NCBI GenBank assembly: GCA_965197725.1
Contig: CBDANQ010000057.1
Location: 1 to 64,000, forward strand
DNA: 64,000 bases
Direction: 5' to 3'
Origin: Longimicrobiales bacterium
GTDB taxonomy: Bacteria; Gemmatimonadota; Gemmatimonadetes; Longimicrobiales; Gaopeijiaceae
This document shows, piece after piece, positions 52,368-62,086 of this stretch (within the stretch, counting starts at the first letter, position 1; the number at the start of each line of letters is the position of its first letter). The position numbers and the translations under genes are program-made. Under the pieces are notes generated by a model. That model had not been told where the DNA came from. It did not search any database and saw only the letters and a program-made list of their open reading frames with translations.

Positions 52368-54151
52368 ACGATGATCTCCTGATGCGGTACGTAAAGGTCG
52401 GAGTCGGCGTCGCCCACCAGCAGCTCGAGGACCCCTTCGACGACATGGTGCGGCATGAACGGCTCCCCGTCGTACTTGCGGATGTGTCCCTGTGCGGCGA
52501 AGCCTGTCTCGCTGCGCAGGTAACGCGCGAACTGACCCGAGTAGCTGTTCTCCACGATGAGGACCCGGTTGGATGCGGACAGGATCCCGCCGACGACCTC
52601 GCTGTGGAACGGGACGAGCCACTTGATAGTGAGCTGATTGGCGACGACTCCGCGTTCGGCCAACATTTCGATCGCTTCCCGGATCACGCCGTACGTGGAA
52701 CCCCAGCCGAGTAGCGTCACCTGGGCGTCGGCGGGGCCTTCTAGCGTCGGCGGGGGCACGTCGGCCGCGACGCCCCGGAACTTTCGGGCTCGCTTCTCCA
52801 CCATCCGACGCCGCTTGTGCGGGTGGGTGAACTCGTCGCTGATCAACACTGAGTCCTCGTCGTGCTCGTCCGTCGCCACGACGTGCACGTATCCCTCGTG
52901 GCCCGGGACCGCGCGCGGCGAGATCCCGCTCTCGGTGTCGGCATAACGCAGATAGTTTCCGTTCGGCGCCGGATCGACGAGAAGGGCGCCTCTGTCGATC
53001 TCGGGGTGGAGGTCGATGAGGTCGGGATCCATGGTGAACGTCCCCTCCGAGATGAGGAGATCGGAGATTAGGATTCCAGGGCACTGGGCGCGGTCCACGA
53101 GGTTGAAGAGCTCGGGCACGGTGTTGAACGCGTCGAGGGTGTCCTTCGGCGCCACGATGAAGCGCTCGAAGTCGCCCTGGCTGGCGCCGAGGGCCTGCCA
53201 GAGGTCGCCCTGCTCCGTCTTCGTGGGGACGCCCGTCGAGGGTCCCGCGCGCATCACGTTGATGAAGACGGCGGGGATCTCCATCATCGCGGCGCTCCCG
53301 ATCGCTTCCGTCATCAGAGCGAAGCCGCCCCCGGAGGTGGCGCACATGGCGCGGCAGCCTGCGTGCCCCGCGCCAATGACCATGTTCGCCACGCCGATCT
53401 CGTCCTCTACCTGACGCACCATGATGCCCAACTCGCGCGCGTTCTGCGCCATCCAGTGAAGGACTCCGGTTGAGGGGCTCATCGGATACGCGGCGTAGAA
53501 CTTGACTCCGGCCGCTGCTCCGCCCATGGCCAGGGCCTGGTTGCCGGTCCATATGGCGAGGGGCTTATCCCCCATCGGTAACGGCACGGGGAACGGCTGG
53601 AAGTTGGCGGCTCCGTGGTCGTGGCCGGCCTGCGCCATGGTCACGTTCTCCTCCACCACGGCGGATCCCTTCCGCCCGAACAGGAGCTCGAGCGTTTCCT
53701 CCAGCACCGAGAAATCGATGCCCATCAAAGACATCATGACGCCGAGCGCGACGGTGTTTTGGATGAGCTTGTTCTTGCTGCCCTCCGTCAGCTCGGCGAC
53801 GGGCATCGGGCAGAGGATGACGCCGTCCGGCACCTCACCGGGCTGGATCTTGTCGCCGTTGAAAAGCACGCGGGATCCCGGCCGGAGGATGCCCACGTGG
53901 CGGTCCATCGTGTCTTGGTTGAGGCAGAGCAGCATGTCTATGCTGTCGCCGTGCGTGGGCGGCTCCTCTTCGCGAACGCGCACAGTCAAGAAGATGTGCC
54001 CTCCCCGGATGATCGACTGATAGGCGTTGTATGCGTACAGATGCAGACCGCGCCGCGCGAAGATGCGAGCGAGGATGTTGCCTGGCGTGGCGATCCCCTG
54101 GCCGGCTGCTCCCCCGATGGCGAGGGTGAAGTCGAGACCACTATCGCTCAT
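52364..54151 (-). CDS. korA: 2-oxoacid:ferredoxin oxidoreductase alpha subunit
   Basis: GGAAGQG, IRGGH, YPMSPS, EDEI, TSGGGF, RAGPSTGVPT. Confidence 0.93.
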   Translation of the reverse strand: MSDSGLDFTLAIGGAAGQGIATPGNILARIFARRGLHLYAYNAYQSIIRGGHIFLTVRVREEEPPTHGDSIDMLLCLNQDTMDRHVGILRPGSRVLFNGDKIQPGEVPDGVILCPMPVAELTEGSKNKLIQNTVALGVMMSLMGIDFSVLEETLELLFGRKGSAVVEENVTMAQAGHDHGAANFQPFPVPLPMGDKPLAIWTGNQALAMGGAAAGVKFYAAYPMSPSTGVLHWMAQNARELGIMVRQVEDEIGVANMVIGAGHAGCRAMCATSGGGFALMTEAIGSAAMMEIPAVFINVMRAGPSTGVPTKTEQGDLWQALGASQGDFERFIVAPKDTLDAFNTVPELFNLVDRAQCPGILISDLLISEGTFTMDPDLIDLHPEIDRGALLVDPAPNGNYLRYADTESGISPRAVPGHEGYVHVVATDEHDEDSVLISDEFTHPHKRRRMVEKRARKFRGVAADVPPPTLEGPADAQVTLLGWGSTYGVIREAIEMLAERGVVANQLTIKWLVPFHSEVVGGILSASNRVLIVENSYSGQFARYLRSETGFAAQGHIRKYDGEPFMPHHVVEGVLELLVGDADSDLYVPHQEIIV

Positions 54152-54342
54152 GGATGTCTCCTTGAATTACTCGCGTACTTCTGCGCAGTACGGGAGCATG
54201 GTACCAGTTTTCGGACCGGCTTGGATGGTATCGGGCTTTGGGCAGCCCGTCCAGGCAAGTTCCTATTGGCCGGGCAAGCCTGCTTTACAATAATCGCTTA
54301 TGACCGGATTGGCGAAGGGGTCCCACGGCAACCGGCTCGCGA

Positions 54343-55929
54343 TCATCGAAGCCCGATACCTCCTTCAAGCCGCACCTCGTAGACTCTTCGCTTCCATTCC
54401 GAGACCGTCCATCGATCGACGACTTCGAGCCATGTGACGATGCGCGCCCTCCGGAGCCCGAGTGGGCGAGCCATGCGGACGTAGCCTGCTTCCGACTCGT
54501 AGATCAGCGCGAGCCCGGCCACGCTCTGCAAAACGGGAGGGGATTCGGTCCGAGTGACGAGCAGAAGTCGGTCGGGGCGGGCCCCCGGTGGCACGAGGCT
54601 TTCCGGGCGCTCGCCCACCTCCAGGCGGACGCCGTCTATGGACGGGTGTCGGTAGACGTTCGCACGGAGGTCCCGCACTTCGTACGGATCCTCGAGCGTG
54701 TGGAGTACGTATACCGGCGCGCCCCCGGCGCGGTCGGATGCCTCCCAAAGCGTACGGAAATAGTGCCAGTCGAATTCCTTGCCCCGGTGGATCGCGGGGG
54801 TGGCGAGCACCGCGAGCAGGAGGAGGTTTTGTGCGCCCAGTGGCCACACGATGCCGAGCCTCCACGTTCGCACCGAAAAGATGCGGTCGAGCGCGGAAGC
54901 CGAGTAGGCAACCAGAACCGGGATCGCGTAGAGTGGGATCAGGAAGCGGAGTTCTTTGTGGCCGATGACCGAATGCCCGACAACGAAGGCCACGACGCAC
55001 CATACCCAGGGACTTGCGGGTCTCAGGAAGGCCGCGGCCACAAGTAGGAGCGCCAGCGCCAAACCCAGCGGCGGTACCGTCCAGAGCACGAATTGAACCG
55101 GATAGAAGTACCACGGAGAGGTCCCGAACGACGACGCTACGCCCTCCAGGAGATTCGCCTGGAAGTAGGCCCAGGGCGTGAGAACCCACTCTCCGTAGAA
55201 CCACGAGTCCACGGCTACCGAGAGCACGACGACCGCGCCCGCAATCGCGACCACCTGCCCAGTTCGCTTCCAGCCACCGCCCTCACGCACGGTGAACCAG
55301 ACAAGTAGCGCCGCGATGGCGAACGCCATCTGGAAGCGGAACACGAACGCGAGACCGAGCAAGACCCCTGACCAGGTCGCCCGAAACGGGCCTGCCCGCC
55401 CGATCAGAGGGACTGCGGCAAAGAATGCCATGCCGGCGAGGTTCTCGGATGAGAAGCGGTGGTGGAACAGCGGGAGGAACCACAGGAACAGGCTCGTGAG
55501 CCACAGGGCACGACGCCCCGGCCGGTCCAAAGACCGGGAGGCTGCACTCGCGATCCACACGACCGTCGCGATCGAGAGCGCGAGAGTCCCCAGCTTCAGC
55601 ACGAGGACCCACAAGAACGGGCTGGTGAGGCCGATCGCACGCATGGACATCAGCAGGATGAGCGCGAGCGTGGGCTGGAGTGTTGGACGGATCCGGTCCT
55701 GGAACTCCCACGGAAGTTGCTCCATGGAGGCGAGACCCGCCCTGGCCCAGGCAGGTTCTAGGATCTGGAAGTGCTCGTCGGCATGCCATGGATTGACGGC
55801 GAGAAGCGCAACGACGAGATGGAGGCCACTCGACACCGCGAGCAGCAGTGGTAGGGGCAACCCGGCATCCGCTGCCTGGCGCCGGAGGGAGTTGCTGAGC
55901 CGCCTCCAGAGCCTAGTGAGGCTCGCCAT
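54343..55929 (-). CDS. Alg9/PIG-B-like GT-C mannosyltransferase (GT22)
   Basis: HADEHFQILEPA, PWEF...IRP, FRFQ, PWYFY, GHKELRF. Confidence 0.82.
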   Translation of the reverse strand: MASLTRLWRRLSNSLRRQAADAGLPLPLLLAVSSGLHLVVALLAVNPWHADEHFQILEPAWARAGLASMEQLPWEFQDRIRPTLQPTLALILLMSMRAIGLTSPFLWVLVLKLGTLALSIATVVWIASAASRSLDRPGRRALWLTSLFLWFLPLFHHRFSSENLAGMAFFAAVPLIGRAGPFRATWSGVLLGLAFVFRFQMAFAIAALLVWFTVREGGGWKRTGQVVAIAGAVVVLSVAVDSWFYGEWVLTPWAYFQANLLEGVASSFGTSPWYFYPVQFVLWTVPPLGLALALLLVAAAFLRPASPWVWCVVAFVVGHSVIGHKELRFLIPLYAIPVLVAYSASALDRIFSVRTWRLGIVWPLGAQNLLLLAVLATPAIHRGKEFDWHYFRTLWEASDRAGGAPVYVLHTLEDPYEVRDLRANVYRHPSIDGVRLEVGERPESLVPPGARPDRLLLVTRTESPPVLQSVAGLALIYESEAGYVRMARPLGLRRARIVTWLEVVDRWTVSEWKRRVYEVRLEGGIGLR

Positions 55930-56077
55930 CGAACAGATTCCGAGCGGACATATCCCGGGGGAAGTAGGGTGATCGATGGCCGGCGGGCCCTTCACAGGCC
56001 AGGCCGCACGGTCGGGGAATCGGGCGTATTATTCACCGGCGCACGCGGGCCATCAAGGACGGGCCGGATGCGACCTC

Positions 56078-56506
56078 ATGCCGACCCGGCCCACACGACT
56101 CCATGTGTGCGCACGCCCCCACGATCCCCACGAGCCGCTCCCGACCCGTCTGAAGATCGTGATCCCGCTCGCCGCCACGGTGCTCTTCACGGTATCCGCG
56201 TGGCGACACCGAGCGCAGCACTCGACCGCGTTCGACCTCGGTTTCTACGACCAGATCCTATACCTATTGAGCCGGGGAGAGGCGCCGGTATCGTCCTTCC
56301 TCGGTTTCCACTTCCTTGGCGACCACGTGGCGCGGGCGGCGGGTATGCTGGTGTGGCTGGGCTCCTGGAACAGGACGGTGAGGCAGCTCTCGAGGCCAGC
56401 CACGTGGGAGGCCCCGCAGGAGGCGGTAGCCGGCGAGGGCGCTCATCTGCTCTACGAGATGGGGCACGGGCCGTTTCCGCGAGGCCAGACGATGCTGAGC
56501 TTCTGA
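56078..56506 (+). pseudogene. DUF2079 membrane protein, truncated
   Basis: STAFDLGFYDQ...HFLGDH, then unrelated sequence. Confidence 0.65.
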
Positions 56507-56723
56507 ACGCGCAGGTGGCCACGTTGGACGCGCGCTTGACCCGCGCTCCCGGCCGACATGTGGATTCATGTTGCCACCGACGCCGGTGTAAGGGGCGCAC
56601 CAGCGAGGACGAGCCCGGCACCGGCCGCCCACCCTGTCGGCGATCCCCTCGCCGAATTTCTTGGACAGGAGTTAGGGTCGTACTATTGTCGTGGAAATCC
56701 CGAAGGCCACATGAGGGAAACAC

Positions 56724-58424
56724 ATGCTAAACTCCGTCCTTGAGCGTCGCTTTGCGACCGTGCTTGCGCTGCTGCCATGCCTCTTCCTCAGCTTCGGCCT
56801 CGAAGAGGCAGAGGCACAGGAAGAAGAGGGATTCAACTACGAGACGCTCCGGTCTCCAGTCTCCGGCCTCCGCGGCGTCGTGGCTACGAGTCAGCCTCTC
56901 GCGTCGAACGCCGGGCTCGACATCCTGAAAGCGGGCGGCAATGCCATCGACGCAGCAGTCGCGACGGCGGCAGTGCTCACGGTCGTAGAACCGAACAGCA
57001 CGAGCCTGGGCGGTGATGCGTTCGTCATGGTCTACATCGCCGCCGAGAAGAAGCTGGTCGGCCTCAACGCGAGTGGTCGGGCGCCGTACGGGATGACGCT
57101 CGAGGCTCTGAACGAGAAGCTCGACAAGCACGACATGGACCGGATCCGGGGGATCTACTCGGTGACCGTTCCTGGTGCCGTCGACGGCTGGTTCGAGGTG
57201 CTAGAGAAGTACGGCACCATGAGCATGGCTGAGGTACTCGAGCCCGCCATCTACTATGCCGAGCACGGCTTCCCGGTTTCGCCGATCATCGCCGACGCCT
57301 GGCGATCCCTCGAGATAAGCCAAGAGCCCTCGACCCGGGCCACGTGGCTGCTCGACGGCAAGCGAGCACCCGGGGCTGGGGAGGTGTTTCGGAACCCCGA
57401 CCTCGCACGAACCTTCAGAATGCTCGGCTCGCATGGAAGGGACGCGTTCTACAAGGGCTCCATCGCGGAAGCGATGGTCGAGTACTCCGACCGCCACGAC
57501 GGCTTCTTCACCATGGAAGACTTCGCGGATCACACGTCCACGTGGGTCGAGCCCATCTACGCCGACTACAAGAACTTCCGGCTCTACGAGCTGCCGCCGA
57601 ACGGTCAGGGCATCGCGGCGCTCGAGATGATCAAGATCCTGGGCAACGTCGATCTGGGTGCGATGGGCCACAACTCGGCCGACTATCTGCACCATGTCAT
57701 CGAGGCGAAGAAACTGGCCTACGCCGACATCCAGCGGTGGAACTCGGACCCCGAGTTCAGCCATCTGCCGGTCCGAGAGATCATCTCCACCGAGTACGGC
57801 AGGAGTCAGTTCAAGCGCATTTCTCCGACGAAAGCGATGGAACGTCCGGAGTCGGGAATCAGCGGGAACGGTGACACGGTTCTTCTGGAGGTCATGGACA
57901 AGGACCACAACGCCGTTTCGTTCATCTACAGCATCTATTCGGGGTTCGGTTCCGGCCTAGTTCCCCCGGGTACCGGCTTTACGCTGCAGAACCGGGGTGC
58001 GCTCTTCTCTCGCGAGCCTGGCCACGTGAACGTCGTCGAGCCGCACAAGCGCCCGTTCCACACCATCATCCCCGCGATGGCCTTCAAGGACGGCGAGTTC
58101 TTCATGACGTTCGGCGCCATGGGCGGCGCCGTGCAGCCCCAGCAGCATGCCCAGATCTTCCTGAACGTCGTCGAGTTCGGGATGAACATGCAGCAAGCGG
58201 TGGAAATCCCTCGCATCAACCACGGCCGTGGCCTGAGCGTCACTGTCGAGCCGGGGATCAGTGAAGACGTGCTGACGCAACTCGAGGCGCGGGGTCATCA
58301 GATTCTGCGCAGAACCACGCGGGGGGGGGTCGGGGGCGCCCAGGGGATCATGTTCGACGTCCAGACCGGCGTGATGACCGGTGGCTCGACGCCCCACAAG
58401 GACGGGATGGCGGTTGCTAACTGA
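56724..58424 (+). CDS. ggt: Gamma-glutamyltransferase
   Basis: GGNAIDAAVA, LGGDAF, VPGAVDGW, PPNGQG, GDT nucleophile, QNRG, KRPFHTIIP. Confidence 0.93.
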   Translation: MLNSVLERRFATVLALLPCLFLSFGLEEAEAQEEEGFNYETLRSPVSGLRGVVATSQPLASNAGLDILKAGGNAIDAAVATAAVLTVVEPNSTSLGGDAFVMVYIAAEKKLVGLNASGRAPYGMTLEALNEKLDKHDMDRIRGIYSVTVPGAVDGWFEVLEKYGTMSMAEVLEPAIYYAEHGFPVSPIIADAWRSLEISQEPSTRATWLLDGKRAPGAGEVFRNPDLARTFRMLGSHGRDAFYKGSIAEAMVEYSDRHDGFFTMEDFADHTSTWVEPIYADYKNFRLYELPPNGQGIAALEMIKILGNVDLGAMGHNSADYLHHVIEAKKLAYADIQRWNSDPEFSHLPVREIISTEYGRSQFKRISPTKAMERPESGISGNGDTVLLEVMDKDHNAVSFIYSIYSGFGSGLVPPGTGFTLQNRGALFSREPGHVNVVEPHKRPFHTIIPAMAFKDGEFFMTFGAMGGAVQPQQHAQIFLNVVEFGMNMQQAVEIPRINHGRGLSVTVEPGISEDVLTQLEARGHQILRRTTRGGVGGAQGIMFDVQTGVMTGGSTPHKDGMAVAN

Positions 58425-58429
58425 ATTAC

Positions 58430-58575
58430 TGGTACCAACAACAACTACACGATCGTGCAGACGCCGACTACGTGATGATCATGGCGGAGATGGTGCACGA
58501 GGTGCGGATCATTCGGCTGGGTGAACCTGATCCGCCGCGCGATGATCCGCGTCCGTGGTTCGGTGACTCGCGGGC
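58430..58575 (+). pseudogene. Internal shard of a conserved hypothetical protein
   Basis: NNYTIVQTP / DYVMIMAEMVHEVRIIRL...RPWFGDSR; no start. Confidence 0.5.
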
Positions 58576-58582
58576 GCGCTCG

Positions 58583-59221
58583 TCAGGCGCCCACGATCTG
58601 CACTCCCACCGCGATGCCGTGCGAGACGCTGCCCGCGAGCACGAAGACATGCCAGATGGCGTGGGCGTATGGGATGCGGCGGTTGTGGTAGAAGAACGTG
58701 CCCGACGTGTATGCCACGCCTCCCGCGAAGAGCCAGGCCAGCGTAAGGGGGGATAGCGCCCGCATGGTGGGGACGGCGGCGATGACGATGAGCCATCCCA
58801 TCGCGATGTAGAGCGCCGTCGAGACCTTCGGGAAGCGCCCGGTCCAGAAGAGCTTGAAGACCACGCCTGCCGCGGCCAGCCCCCAGATGACGCCGAACAG
58901 GCTCCACCCCCAGGCGCCTCGTACGCCCACCAGCGTGAAGGGCGTGTACGTGCCCGCGATGAGGACGTAGATGGCACAGTGGTCGAGCACCTTAAGACGC
59001 ACCTTGGTGGTCGGTCTTCGGGTCGCGTGGTAAAGCGTGGACGCCGTGTAGAGCAGGATGAGGGAGCCTCCGAAGACCGACGCTCCCACCACGGCCGTCG
59101 AGCTGTTGCCCGACGCAAGCACGACGAGCACCGCGGCGCCAGCGGCGCTGGCGAGGATGCCGGCGCCGTGCGTGAGGGTGTTGGCGAGCTCCTCGCGAGG
59201 GGAGTATGGGGGGGCGGTCAC
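58583..59221 (-). CDS. Hemolysin III / PAQR family protein
   Basis: EELANTLTHG, STLYH, LDHCAIYVLIAGTYTP, HAIWHVFV. Confidence 0.93.
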   Translation of the reverse strand: MTAPPYSPREELANTLTHGAGILASAAGAAVLVVLASGNSSTAVVGASVFGGSLILLYTASTLYHATRRPTTKVRLKVLDHCAIYVLIAGTYTPFTLVGVRGAWGWSLFGVIWGLAAAGVVFKLFWTGRFPKVSTALYIAMGWLIVIAAVPTMRALSPLTLAWLFAGGVAYTSGTFFYHNRRIPYAHAIWHVFVLAGSVSHGIAVGVQIVGA

Positions 59222-59547
59222 GCGCCGAGATTCTCCGTCGCGCTGGATGTTCTATCTCCCGAGGAAAAAGGCCAACGCGGCAACGAAGACCAGCGTGCCC
59301 AGCATGAGGCTTGGCCACCAGTTCTGCAGGAAAACGAGGGCGTGGGTGTCCCACCCTGCCCACGAATTACCCTCGATATGGTGAACGAGTGCCTCGTCGG
59401 CGCTGCCGTGGCCATACTCACCGGAAGTAAGGAGTCGCACAGCCGTGCCTCCGTCGAGCCTCGCGAAGACACGCGACAGATGCAAAGAGCCGGTGCCGCA
59501 CATGATTTGGAAGTGGCGAGGCACCCACGGCCTTCCCCAACGACGAT

Positions 59548-61766
59548 ATGAGACCGAGAGCTCCTCTAGCAGACCGTGGATAAAGTCCGGTCATCGCTGT
59601 TGTGTTAAATCAGGAGGACACGAGGGTTTTTGCAGCGAGGACGGCGATGGCGGTAGGCAAGCGGCCCGAGGCTCGGCAGGGCGAGATGTTCGTGGTGGCG
59701 AGCGAGATTCGGGCCTTGGACAACCCGTTCTACTGGGCCTTGAACGAGCTTCTGGCGAAAAGCGGGTTTGACGAGTTCGCGGAAGAGGCATGCCGTGAGT
59801 TCTACGCGGACAATCGGGGTCGGCCGGGGATTGCTCCCGGGGTGTATTTCCGAATGATGATGGTGGGCTACCTGGAAGGGATCGGCTCGGAGCGGGGCAT
59901 TGCCTGGCGGTGTGGGGACTCGTTGTCGTTGCGTGAGTTTCTGGGATACGGGTGGGCGAAGAACCCGCCGGAGCATTCGACCCTGTCGAAGACGCGCAAG
60001 CGCCTGAGCGTGGAAGCGCACGCGGCGGTGTTCGGGCGGGTGCTGGAGCTGCTGAAGGGGTCGGGGTTGCTGAGCGGCAAGACGCTGGGCGTCGACTCGA
60101 CGACGCTGGAGGCGAATGCGGCGATGCGCACGATCGTGCGGCGCGACGACGGGTTGGGCTACGATGAATGGCTGCAGCAGGTGGCCCGGGCGTCGGGGAT
60201 CGAGACGCCGACGCGCAAGGATCTGACGACGCTGGACCGGAAGCGTCCGAAGAAGGGCTCGAACAAGGACTGGGTGCATCCGCACGACCCGGAGGCGCGG
60301 ATCACGAAGATGAAGGACGGCAGGACGCGCCTGGCGCACAAGTTGGAGCAGGCGGTCGACATGGAGACCGGTGCGCTTGTGGCGGTGACGGTGCAGACGA
60401 TGGACGGGGGAGATGTGGCGTCGCTGCCCAACACGCTGGACGAGGCAGAGCGGCAGCTGGAAGTAGTGCAGGTAGAGCCCGAGGAAGTGGTGGCCGACAA
60501 AGGCTACCACTCGAACAAGACCATGACGGGCGTGAAGGAGCGGGAGCTGCGCAGCTATGTGAGCGAGCCCAACCGCGGGCGCCGGAAATGGAAGAACAAC
60601 CGGGACGCGCAGACGCCGACCTACGACAACCGCCGCCGGATCCGCGGCAACCGGGGGATGCGGCTGCTGCGCCAGCGCGGCGAGAAGGTGGAGCGGGGGT
60701 TTGCGCACTTGCTTGTGACCGGAGGGCTGCGTCGCGTCCACATACGGGGCCAGGAGGAGATTCGAAAACGGATGTTGATCCACGCGGCGGCCTTCAACCT
60801 CGGCCTTCTCATGCGCAAGCGGTTCGGGGTTGGAACCCCCCGTGCGTTACAGGGCCTCGCTACCGTACCAGCTGCGCTCGCAACTCAGGTTACAACCCGC
60901 GTCTCGCGCTTTTTCCGCCGTATTCGGCGCTATTTCGCCTTCCTTGGGCCGAATATCGCCTCGTCAGACCCCAAAACCCGCTTCTTGCACAACAACACAG
61001 CCCCCGCGTGTCTGCCTTCTCTCCCACCCATCATCCGCTGGGAACCTATTTCTTCCACGGACTGCTAGTGCTTCCTCGGCCCGACCCTTACCGAACGGTC
61101 GTTGGTGCGTCGCACTTCTTGGCCTTTCCTCACGAGCATGATCGTCGGCACATCGCGCGCGTTCTCACCGACGCTGCGCTCATTGGCTTTGAGCCACCAA
61201 TCCTGCCAGTCGTTGAAGCACTCCAGGAAGAATCGGGTCGCTTTAGTCGCCTCTTCCGCGAGGACCTGAATAACTTCACGAAGAAATTCATCAACGAGGC
61301 CCGAGATCCCCGTGAGAGCCCTTTCTGGAGGGCAGTTCGCCAAGAGGCGCTTGATCCATCGTACAACCGCAGCTCCGCCCACCACCGACGCCAGCTAACC
61401 GGGGTCCTAGCGGTGTTTGATGATGAGGGCTTGCTGCCGTTGCTGGGTTGTGCGGCCGACTGGGACCCGCCTAAGGGACACTCGGTTTGGCCGCTGGACT
61501 ATGCCTTCGGCGAATTTCAACACTACGCCGTGGCCCACGAAGGGCTGGAGGAAACGGCACGCGTGATGTTGGAGGCACGAGCGATGTTGGGTCCTGGACC
61601 GCGCGCCCTCATCAATCAAGGGGTACTCATCTTTCAAGAAGAACAGTCCAACGAGCTCAAGCTTGTGAGCGGTGCAGACATCAGGGGCGCTGATACTGCC
61701 CTCGTCAGGCAGGAGCTGGTGGGCCCATTTACCACGGCTTTCGGTGGACGGCGGGAAGCCTCCCGG
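59548..61766 (+). pseudogene. Hypothetical protein interrupted by IS copy 2 and cut by an IS3 end
   Basis: Removing 59570-61068 gives MRPRAPLVLPRPDPYRTVVG..., open to ~61766. Confidence 0.65.
59570..61064 (+). mobile_element. IS5/IS1182-like element copy 2 (transposase 59602-61068)
   Basis: Near-identical to copy 1 in inverted orientation; CTAG at 59566-59569 and 61065-61068. Confidence 0.92.
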
Positions 61767-62086
61767 TGGAGTTGGCCCCGCACGGTGGACGGTTTTGGAC
61801 TAGAGATTCACGCGGCGGGGGCGTGTTCCTTTTCGTAGTTAAGAGGAGACAATTGGCCGAGGGCAGAGTGCCGTCGGTGGGGATTGTACCAGGCTTCGAT
61901 GAAGTCGAACACGGCCATCCTGGCCTCGGCCTGATTGCGGAAGCTCTTTCGTTCGATGAGTTCGGTCTCGAGCGTGGCGAAGAAGCTCTCGCACATCGCG
62001 TTATCGTACGCGTCGCCGACCGAGCCCATCGAGGGTCGGACGCTGGCCTCTTTGCAGCGTAGGCCGAAGGCGATCGAGGTGTACTG

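Noticed and set aside
59252..59524. 90-aa ORF with a terminal TM segment
   Set aside because: No recognisable family or start signal; possibly a gene tail but unsupported
40388..59569. Segment already inverted or delivered as a composite transposon
   Set aside because: Each IS copy's own flanks rejoin into a continuous gene
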